A stretch of DNA of 64,000 bases, from contig CAWDSQ010000032.1 in assembly GCA_963804955.1 (NCBI GenBank), positions 64,001 through 128,000 of the forward strand, written 5' to 3'. The position numbers were made by a program, and so were the translations under genes. The DNA comes from an uncultured delta proteobacterium. GTDB taxonomy: Bacteria > Desulfobacterota > WTBG01 > CAIYCZ01 > CAIRTM01. Shown here in pieces: positions 56,355-64,000 of this stretch. Position 1 is the first letter of the stretch. Every line of letters begins with the position of its first letter. Under the pieces are notes generated by a model. The model saw nothing but the letters and a program-made list of their open reading frames with translations, did not search any database and was not told the origin of the DNA.

Positions 56355-58103
56355 ATGAAAGAATTCCTGACCCTGCGCGATTATATTATTCGTGACCGCT
56401 GGTATCTGGCGGGCGGCTTTGCAGCGCTGATCGGCGTCGATCTGCTCCAGCTCCTGATACCCCTGGTGCTAAAATCCGCCGTTGACGATCTCACCCTTGC
56501 CTCCTTTTCGGAAAACACCCTCCTGCAGCACGGGCTGCTCATTGTGGCCATCGGGGCTGCGGCCGCAGTGCTGCGTTTCTTCTGGCGCTATTGCATTATA
56601 GGAGCTTCCCGCAGAATTGAGACCGCCCTGCGCGACCGCCTCTTTACTCATGCCATCCACCTGCCCCTTGCAGGGCTGGTGAACACCAGGACCGGCGATC
56701 TCATGTCGCGCATGACCAATGATATTGACGCCGTCAGAATGTGCACCGGCATCGGCATTGTGGCCATGATCGACACGGTCGTGCTCGGCCTGGCCTCGGT
56801 CATTTTCATGGCCTGTCTCAGCATGAAGCTCGCCCTGCTGTGCCTTATGCCCATGCTGATCATCATTCTGGCCACATGGCGCATGGGAGGGCTGCTGCAC
56901 AAACGGTTCTCGCAGGTGCAGGCCTCTTTTTCCCGCATGACCGAAATGGTACGCGAAACCCTTGCCGGCATGGCTGTCATACGTGCTTTTGCACGCGAGC
57001 CTGATAATGCCAGGAGCTTCACAACGGTCAGCGCGGATTACATCGACAAAAACATGGCCCTTGTAAAAATCTGGGGATCCCTGTTCCCGTTCATTGTTTT
57101 TATTTCAAACATAAGCGTTTGCGTGCTCATCTTCTTCGGCGGCCGCTACACCATCGAGGGGGCGATAACGCCCGGCGATTTTGTGGCCTTTGCCAATTAT
57201 ATCTGGATACTTATCTGGCCCATGATTGCCCTGGGCTGGATCGTGAACCTTTTTCAGCGTGGCGCTGCGTCCATGGCCAGAATTAATGCCGTGCTCGCCA
57301 TGCCCGCTGAGCCCCTGGAAAATGGCCGCCCGGGGCCCTGCGCCGCTGCGGGAAGCATAGAGGTGCGCAATCTCAGCTTTACCTATGCTGCAGCGGCAAG
57401 GCCGGCCCTGAACGATATTTCACTGGCCATACCGGCGGGCAGCACCATCGGCATTACCGGCACGACCGGTTCGGGCAAATCAACACTGTGCAGCCTGCTG
57501 CTGCGTTTTTTCGACCCGCCCCGGGGCTCGATTTTTATTGACGGCACGGATATATGCGATATCACCCTGCGGGACATCCGGTCCTGCATGGCCTATGTCC
57601 CCCAGGACAGCTTTCTGTTTTCCGACACGATTATGGCCAATATCGTCTATGGCAGGCCTGATGCCTCAGCAGGTGAAGCTGAGGCTCAGGCAGACCTGGC
57701 GCGTATGACGGATGAAATCCTGTCTTTCAGCAATGGCTTTAAAACCCTCATCGGCGAAAAAGGCATTACCCTCTCGGGAGGCCAGAAACAGCGCCTCTGC
57801 ATAGCACGGGCGCTGCTCATGAAAACGCCGGTGCTGATTTTTGACGATGCTCTTTCATCCCTTGATGCCGCAACGACTCAGCAGCTGATTGCAAAGCTCA
57901 AGGCTCAGGCCGGCACCAGGACCAGCATCATTGTTTCAAACCGTATCGCGTCAATCCAGCATGCAGATGCTATCTATGTGTTTGACGGCGGCCGCATTGC
58001 GGCACAGGGAACCCACGGAGGGCTGCTTGCCGGCGGAGGGCTCTACTATCAGCTCTACCAGCGGCAGAAGCTCGAAGAAGCAGAGGCGCCGTCCCATGTA
58101 TAA
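56355..58103 (+). CDS. ABC exporter half-transporter (MdlA/YheI-like)
   Basis: TM domain RTGDLMSRMTNDI; GTTGSGKST, LSGGQKQR, IFDDALS. Confidence 0.9.
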   Translation: MKEFLTLRDYIIRDRWYLAGGFAALIGVDLLQLLIPLVLKSAVDDLTLASFSENTLLQHGLLIVAIGAAAAVLRFFWRYCIIGASRRIETALRDRLFTHAIHLPLAGLVNTRTGDLMSRMTNDIDAVRMCTGIGIVAMIDTVVLGLASVIFMACLSMKLALLCLMPMLIIILATWRMGGLLHKRFSQVQASFSRMTEMVRETLAGMAVIRAFAREPDNARSFTTVSADYIDKNMALVKIWGSLFPFIVFISNISVCVLIFFGGRYTIEGAITPGDFVAFANYIWILIWPMIALGWIVNLFQRGAASMARINAVLAMPAEPLENGRPGPCAAAGSIEVRNLSFTYAAAARPALNDISLAIPAGSTIGITGTTGSGKSTLCSLLLRFFDPPRGSIFIDGTDICDITLRDIRSCMAYVPQDSFLFSDTIMANIVYGRPDASAGEAEAQADLARMTDEILSFSNGFKTLIGEKGITLSGGQKQRLCIARALLMKTPVLIFDDALSSLDAATTQQLIAKLKAQAGTRTSIIVSNRIASIQHADAIYVFDGGRIAAQGTHGGLLAGGGLYYQLYQRQKLEEAEAPSHV

Positions 58104-58112
58104 CCGGGGTCA

Positions 58113-60224
58113 TTGACTATGCGCGGCGAGGCCATACATCACGAAGAATCACATGCGTCAAAAGTAGCACTTTCAAAGCTGCTGCTTTTTTTCATGCATT
58201 ATTTCATACCCTATAAAAAGGCCGTTGCCCTCACAACGCTGCTTGCCCTTATGGTCATCGCCACGGAGCTCCTGCTGCCGCAGCTCTTGAGGACAGCCCT
58301 TGACCGATGCATTGCTCCCACCGCCCGCATGATCGCCGATCAGCCCGGCCGCTCTGCTGCTGCCCGGCTGCAGTCTGTGGATCGCAGGCTCCTTCTGCCG
58401 GCCGGCCGCCCGGGCTGCTTCTTCATCCTTCCCGGGCAGTTGCGCCGTCTGGGGGATGCCGAAATCAAACTCATGGAGAATTCAGGGCTTCTGCTGCCGG
58501 AAAAATATTATGCGGCTCCGGCAACTGCCGGCACCAATGCTGTTGCCGCAAAATACCCGGACCTTTTTCAAACTGCAGACGCTTTCAACCTGATCGCCTA
58601 TGACAAGCTCGGCGGCCTTGAAAAGCCCGATCTCATGGCCCTGCGCAGCCATGACCTGCAGGGGCTATCCGGCATTTGCCTTGCCTTTATCGGAATACTC
58701 CTTACCGGCTTTATACTCAATTTCATCCAGATTTTTTTGGTGGAGCGCACGAGTCAGCGCATCATGCACGACCTTCGGTGCAGCATATTCAGCCACCTGC
58801 AGGGAAGGGATATGTCGTTTTTCACAAAAAACCCCGTAGGCCGGCTGGTCACGCGCGCAACCAGCGATGTGCAGAACCTGCATGAAATGTTCAGCGCCCT
58901 GTTCTCCAGTATTTTTAAAGATATTTTTCTCATACTGGGCATTATGGCGGCTCTGTTTATTCTGAGCTGGAAGCTTTCCCTTGTCTGCTTTGCTCTGCTG
59001 CCCCTGCTGATCGCGGGAGCAGCAGCCTTCAGCTACACCTCGCACAATGCCTTCCGGGAGGTGCGCCTCAAGATTGCAGCCCTCAACTCCATGATTCAGG
59101 AAAACCTCGGAGGCATAACGGTAGTGAAGGCCTTCTGCCGCGAATGGCGCACGGCGGCCAGGTTCAGCGGCGTGAATCATGAAACCTACCTCGCCAATAT
59201 GAAGCAGACCGTCGTCTTTGCCATATTCACACCGCTGGTTGATTTTACCCGCGTCTGCGCCTTTGCCCTGATCATATGGTACGGCGGCGGACAGACCCTT
59301 CGGGAGGCCATATCCATTGGCACGCTGGTTATTTTCCTGTATTATATGCGCATGTTTTTTACGCCTATTCAGGACCTGGCGGAAAAATACAATATAGTCC
59401 AGTCTGCCTGCGCCTCCCTTGAGCGATTGTACCTGCTGTTTGAAGAAAAAACCGTCATTGCAGACTGCCCCGAAGCGATGGTCCCCGGCATGCCGGCAGG
59501 TGCTGTCGAGTTTCGCAATGTCACCTTCGGCTACAATGAGCACGAAACCGTGCTCCATGACATATCCTTCACGGTCAAGCCGGGCGAAACAGTTGCCATT
59601 GTAGGGCTTACCGGAGCAGGCAAGACCACCATCATCAATCTGCTTGAACGATTCTATGACGTGCAGGCAGGCTCGATTCTCATCGATTCTCGTGATATAC
59701 GCACCATGCCGCAGCCCTTTCTGCGAAGCAGCATCGGCCTTGTGCTGCAGGATGTATTTTTGTTTGCCGGCACGATCAGATCGAATATAACACTGGGCTG
59801 CGAGGGCTTCACCGATGAGCAGATACTGCAGGCCCTGGCGGTTGCCAATGCAGACCGCCTGGTTGCAAAACTGCCCGGCGGGCTTGATGAGATGGTTACC
59901 GAAGGCGGCAAAACGCTCTCTGCAGGCGAGCGGCAGCTGCTCTCATTTGCCCGGGCCGTGCTCATCGACCCGAAAATACTGGTCCTCGACGAAGCCACCT
60001 CCAATATCGACCCCGTCACCGAGGGGCTCATTCAGGATGCTCTTGACAGAATGCTGCGGGGTCGAACCTGCATCGTCATCGCCCACCGGTTCTCAACCAT
60101 CAAAAAGGCAGACCGCATCATTGTGCTGCACAAGGGCAAAGTCGCCGAATCAGGCTCTCATGATGAGCTCATGGCATCAAGCATCCTGTACAAACAGCTC
60201 TATGAGCTGCAGTATAAAAAATAA
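58113..60224 (+). CDS. ABC exporter half-transporter (MdlB/YheH-like); start approximate
   Basis: PVGRLVTRATSDV; GLTGAGKTT, LSAGERQL, LDEATS, IAHR. Confidence 0.9.
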   Translation: MTMRGEAIHHEESHASKVALSKLLLFFMHYFIPYKKAVALTTLLALMVIATELLLPQLLRTALDRCIAPTARMIADQPGRSAAARLQSVDRRLLLPAGRPGCFFILPGQLRRLGDAEIKLMENSGLLLPEKYYAAPATAGTNAVAAKYPDLFQTADAFNLIAYDKLGGLEKPDLMALRSHDLQGLSGICLAFIGILLTGFILNFIQIFLVERTSQRIMHDLRCSIFSHLQGRDMSFFTKNPVGRLVTRATSDVQNLHEMFSALFSSIFKDIFLILGIMAALFILSWKLSLVCFALLPLLIAGAAAFSYTSHNAFREVRLKIAALNSMIQENLGGITVVKAFCREWRTAARFSGVNHETYLANMKQTVVFAIFTPLVDFTRVCAFALIIWYGGGQTLREAISIGTLVIFLYYMRMFFTPIQDLAEKYNIVQSACASLERLYLLFEEKTVIADCPEAMVPGMPAGAVEFRNVTFGYNEHETVLHDISFTVKPGETVAIVGLTGAGKTTIINLLERFYDVQAGSILIDSRDIRTMPQPFLRSSIGLVLQDVFLFAGTIRSNITLGCEGFTDEQILQALAVANADRLVAKLPGGLDEMVTEGGKTLSAGERQLLSFARAVLIDPKILVLDEATSNIDPVTEGLIQDALDRMLRGRTCIVIAHRFSTIKKADRIIVLHKGKVAESGSHDELMASSILYKQLYELQYKK

Positions 60225-60358
60225 GAGTGCTTCAGTAAAGGGCGCAGGATCCACATCTCACAGTCCCAAATTCCCTAAAATTTCTCTAAATAAAGTTGAC
60301 ACATTTTTTTTAAAAATGTACACTTTTATAAAGTGCATATAGTTGCGAGGTGTTTCTC

Positions 60359-60595
60359 ATGATTGTAACCAGCATCAAAGAGGCCAGAGGGAATTTAAGC
60401 TCTCTGCTGCAAAAAGTAGAGCGTGGCGAGGAAGTGGTTATAACACGCCATGGCAAACGCATTGCGCGAATCACGTCGCCGACAGGTCAGACAAAACACC
60501 TTCCAGGTCTTTCTGATTTCAGATCAGCCATTGCGGTCCAAGGGAAACCACTCAGTCAGGCAGTCATTGATGTGCGCAGCACAGAGAAATACTGA
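60359..60595 (+). CDS. Phd/YefM family antitoxin
   Basis: SIKEARGNLSSLLQKVERGEEVVITRHGK; upstream TTGACA-17nt-TACACT promoter with overlapping imperfect inverted repeat. Confidence 0.88.
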   Translation: MIVTSIKEARGNLSSLLQKVERGEEVVITRHGKRIARITSPTGQTKHLPGLSDFRSAIAVQGKPLSQAVIDVRSTEKY

Positions 60596-61032
60596 TGGAC
60601 TACTTTGACACAAGCGTTTTAGCGGCATACTACTGCCCGGAGCCCAACAGCCCTGCGGCAGAGAAAATCATACTGCATTCTAAGAGCCCTGCAATCAGCG
60701 ACCTTACGGAACTTGAGCTTGCATCGGCCCTATCACGAAAAATCAGGGAAAAGTCTATCACGCGGGAAGACGGCCGTAAAATTATTGCCCTGTTTCAATC
60801 GCATGTTTCGCAGGGGCTGTTTCAAAAAATAGCTGTCGAGCAGGAACACTTTCAGATTGCGCGAGCCTGGATAGCTCAATTCACAACGCCACTCAGAACT
60901 CTTGATGCCCTTCATCTTGCCATCGCGCATACGCAGAAAGCATTATTTTTCACTTCCGATCTGCTTCTTGTGAAAGCTGCCCGTCACTTTGGAATCAGCG
61001 TGAAACTTGTCAGCAATAGCCTTAAGCCGTAG
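60595..61032 (+). CDS. vapC: VapC PIN-domain toxin
   Basis: YFDTS, LRTLDALHLA, FTSD; coupled to the antitoxin (TGATG). Confidence 0.9.
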   Translation: MDYFDTSVLAAYYCPEPNSPAAEKIILHSKSPAISDLTELELASALSRKIREKSITREDGRKIIALFQSHVSQGLFQKIAVEQEHFQIARAWIAQFTTPLRTLDALHLAIAHTQKALFFTSDLLLVKAARHFGISVKLVSNSLKP

Positions 61033-61098
61033 CTTTGAAGCTTACGGCCCACTTGTGCCCCATGTGTTTGTGTAATCCCCTTCACATATTTCCCTTTT

Positions 61099-61150
61099 TA
61101 TTAAGTCAACTATTTTAAGTTGACTTAATATATTTAACAAGCTATATAAA
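61099..61150 (+). promoter_or_regulatory. Promoter overlapped by a perfect 13-bp inverted repeat (operator)
   Basis: TATTAAGTCAACT-atttta-AGTTGACTTAATA covering the TTGACT -35 box; TATATA 17 nt downstream. Confidence 0.65.
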
Positions 61151-61154
61151 GCTT

Positions 61155-61580
61155 ATGAATGCATCATATAATAACATAATGAGGCGTTTCGCCTGCTATG
61201 GAGTGCTGCACCGGGAGGCTGTAAAGAACGACCGTACGGCGTTAGGTCAGCTTATCCGACGGGGCTTCGCCCAAAAGGCTTACAGGAGCGGGCGCCTTTT
61301 TTACGAGCTAACTGAAAAGGCTCTGCCTCTGCTGGAGTGTCAGCGCATAAAGCTCCTTGAAGATGCTCAGATGCACTTGCTCATCGAGGATGGTTCTGCT
61401 TTTTTTCGCGCGCTTTTCGATGACGTGCGGTTTTTGGATGAAACAAGCCCCGAGGCCCAGGACTTCATCTTTCTCGGGGACTGGCAGCTAAGGAGGCCTG
61501 TTGTTCCGTCGCAGCTTTTGCTCTCTCAGCTGCGCTTTTATCGCGACTGCATCCCTAGGCGCACCAGGAAGGCAGCATGA
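61155..61580 (+). CDS. Hypothetical protein with winged-helix-like N-terminus (putative antitoxin/regulator)
   Basis: ALGQLIRRGF......RLFYELTEKA; ATGA overlap with next gene. Confidence 0.55.
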   Translation: MNASYNNIMRRFACYGVLHREAVKNDRTALGQLIRRGFAQKAYRSGRLFYELTEKALPLLECQRIKLLEDAQMHLLIEDGSAFFRALFDDVRFLDETSPEAQDFIFLGDWQLRRPVVPSQLLLSQLRFYRDCIPRRTRKAA

Positions 61581-62143
61581 AGAAGACAAAACACTATAGC
61601 GCGGTAACGCGCGAAGACTTGGTCAGGATTCTGGCACAGATAGACGATCTGCTGGTAAAGCAAAAAAGGAAGATCTCCGTCACGACGATCGGCGGGGTTT
61701 CAATCATACTCCAGGGCTTCCGCGATCGTTCGACGACGGATATTGACATCGCCAATGTTGAAGATGCGGCTGCGTTTCAGGAAACCTGTGCAGGCAAGGG
61801 TATTCCTGTCGATATTGTTACCATCTCTTCAACCGTGGACTTCCTGCATGCACCGAAGGTCGTTCTTTTTAGCGGCAGGGCACTGGTGGTGAACTCGGTA
61901 ACAGCGCAGGATTTGATAAAACTCAAGCTCGAACGGTTCTACAAGCAGGATCCGGAAGACATCTATGCGATAATCGAAAAAACCTCACTGCCCTACGAAC
62001 GATATAAGGCCATTGTCTCTGACATGATCACAGACTTCATCGGCAACCCCCGCGCCCTGCTCCTCTCTGCGATGGTTATCGTCGAAACGGTGTATCCTGA
62101 GAATAAGGCGGATTTTGGGACCCTGCTGACAGAGTGCAGCTAA
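61577..62143 (+). CDS. DUF6036-like nucleotidyltransferase
   Basis: IGGVSIIL...RSTTDID, DLIKLKLERFYKQDPEDI (GG..R.T.D.D / K..R...D..D pattern). Confidence 0.7.
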   Translation: MKKTKHYSAVTREDLVRILAQIDDLLVKQKRKISVTTIGGVSIILQGFRDRSTTDIDIANVEDAAAFQETCAGKGIPVDIVTISSTVDFLHAPKVVLFSGRALVVNSVTAQDLIKLKLERFYKQDPEDIYAIIEKTSLPYERYKAIVSDMITDFIGNPRALLLSAMVIVETVYPENKADFGTLLTECS

Positions 62144-62315
62144 GTGAGAGGCAGAACAGAGCACCGCCCCCTGTGTTTCCACCGGCCTGCTACTTCTGCT
62201 GTGCCACAATACTGAGCAACAAAACAATTGCGAAAATCAGCCGGTTCTGATATTTTTTATACATGACAAGCGCGCCTGTTTGCGGGCGCGTATTCTATTT
62301 TCAGGACCCGGGTTT

Positions 62316-63667
62316 ATGAAACGAATTCTCACCATTGCAGCCTCCGACAGCGGCGGCGGCGCAGGCATACAGGCCGACATAAAAACCATCACCGTCCTGG
62401 GCGGCTACGGCCTCTCGCGCCCTCACAGCCCTGACCGCGCAGAATACTCGTGAGCGTCACGGCTATTCATGCCGTTCCGCCTGAATTTCTGCAGGCTCAG
62501 CTTGATGCCGTGCTCACGCGATATCGGCGTTGATGCGGCAAAAACCGGCATGCTGCACAACAGCCGAAACCATCGCTGTTGTGGCCCGGGCCGCAGAGCA
62601 GTATAAAATCCCCAATCTCGTTGTCGATCCGGTCATGCGCTCAAAAGGCGGCAGCTGCCTGCTGGAAGACGCGGCAATCGAAGCGCTCAAGCGTGAGCTT
62701 CTGCCCCGGGCAGCGCTGGTCACGCCCAATCTCGATGAGGCGGCCCTGCTGTGCGGATTTCCGGTCGACGGACTTGAAGCCATGAAAGCCGCCGCAAAAA
62801 GCATCCATGCTCTGGGCCCGAAAAACGTGCTGATTAAAGGCGGGCATCTTGCCGGCGACTGCATTGACCTGCTCTTTGACGGCAAGGAATTCACGACATT
62901 TGCCGGCCCGCGTTTTGACACCAAAAACACGCATGGCACGGGCTGCACCCTGTCGGCTGCGATTGCAACCGGCCTTGGCCAGGGGCTATGCCTTGCGCAG
63001 ATGCCGTCCGCCGCGCAAAAGACTATGTCACGACAGCCATCCGGTTTGCCCTGCCCTTTGGCAGCGGCCACGGCCCCACCAATCACCTTGCCTGGACAGA
63101 CCGCAATGCACAGTTCTACACCTGCGGCCTTGATCTTGAGGCAGCGGTTGCCACGCTTCAAGCAAGCGCGCATCGGCAGGCTCATACCGGAGATACAGTC
63201 AAATCTCGGCTTTGCCCTTGCAGCGGCCGAAACGCCCGACGATGTCATGGCATACCCGGGCCGCATCATACGCCTTGACGACAGCATAACAACGGTTTCA
63301 CCGCCGCGGCCCGGCGGCTCGCGCCATATTGCAAAAATAATTCTTACCGCCATGAGATACAATCCGGCATACCGCTCAGCCATGGCACTGTGCTACGAGC
63401 CTCAGCTGATTGACTGCATCAGATCGCTTGGCTTTACGGTTGGAGAATTCGACCGCCGCCAGGAGCCGGCAAATGTTAAAGAAATTGAGGGATCATCCCT
63501 TGAATGGGGAACAAAAAGCGCCATTGAAACAGCCGGGGGCACAGTGCCCGATATCATATTCGACCGGGGCGATGTGGGCAAAGAGCCTGTCACGCGAGTT
63601 CTGGGCGCCAGCCCGGCTGGACGTGGCCGGCAAAATCATAAAAATTGCACAGGAGTACAAAGGATAA
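62316..63667 (+). CDS. thiD: HMP/HMP-P kinase ThiD fused to ThiN-type thiamine-phosphate synthase domain, frameshifted
   Basis: [38 protein letters not shown]; then [37 protein letters not shown]. Confidence 0.88.
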
Positions 63668-64000
63668 TGCTTATCCAACAGGCCCGCAAGGGCATCGTGA
63701 CACCGGAGATGGAAAAAGTGGCAGCCGCAGAGGGCGTGACCACGCAGTACCTGCTTGAAGAAATAGCCCTCGGGCATGTCATCATCCCGGTCAACAAAAA
63801 CCACCGCACCATCACCCCCATGGGCATCGGCCGTGGCCTTTCCACAAAAATAAATGCAAATATCGGCACCTCCAAGGATTGTTCAAACCTTGACGAAGAG
63901 CTCAAAAAGCTCGATGTTGCCATTGCAGCAGGCGCCCACACCGTCATGGATCTGAGCACCGGCGGCGACATCAATGCCATCCGCCGCGAAGTGCTCAAGC
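63667..64000 (+). CDS. thiC: Phosphomethylpyrimidine synthase ThiC (short form), 3'-truncated by window
   Basis: ARKGIVTPEM, IGRGLSTKINANIGTS, GAHTVMDLSTGGDI; follows thiD (a Bza-type paralogue is not excluded). Confidence 0.85.
   Translation, partial: MLIQQARKGIVTPEMEKVAAAEGVTTQYLLEEIALGHVIIPVNKNHRTITPMGIGRGLSTKINANIGTSKDCSNLDEELKKLDVAIAAGAHTVMDLSTGGDINAIRREVLK

Noticed and set aside
62144..62315. TPP riboswitch upstream of thiD
   Set aside because: Conserved CUGAGA and ACCUGA...GGGA elements are not evident; only a short GC hairpin at about 62270-62290.

Overview
Bacterial chromosomal window, most consistent with an anaerobic deltaproteobacterium (Desulfobacterota-like; inferred from gene content). 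Single-base indels break many genes, including essential ones, so the sequence looks like an unpolished long-read assembly and split ORFs are treated as single genes. Housekeeping genes: rpsA 3' end, sppA, hpt, era, mlaEFDC, guaBA, trpDCBA, zwf, korAB, batCDE, greA, a heterodimeric ABC exporter, thiD-thiN fusion and thiC start. Accessory content: (1) a YCF48-RND-DUF1302-DUF1329 envelope/uptake module divergent from three redox genes whose families all include tetrapyrrole-acting enzymes (geranylgeranyl-reductase-like FAD enzyme, secreted HemG-like flavodoxin, membrane-anchored ferredoxin-dependent bilin reductase homologue); (2) an integron whose integrase is split by a BrnT/BrnA toxin-antitoxin pair, followed by about 7 cassettes including Abi/HEPN and Mrr defence genes; (3) two paralogous exported proteins combining a thioredoxin-like domain, a CxxCH motif and an FMN-binding-like motif; (4) an orphan Cys-containing RiPP-precursor-like peptide; (5) VapBC and a putative nucleotidyltransferase TA pair; (6) several REP/MITE-like repeat families. 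No rRNA, tRNA or CRISPR array was recognised. All family assignments are from motif recognition by eye, not database searches.
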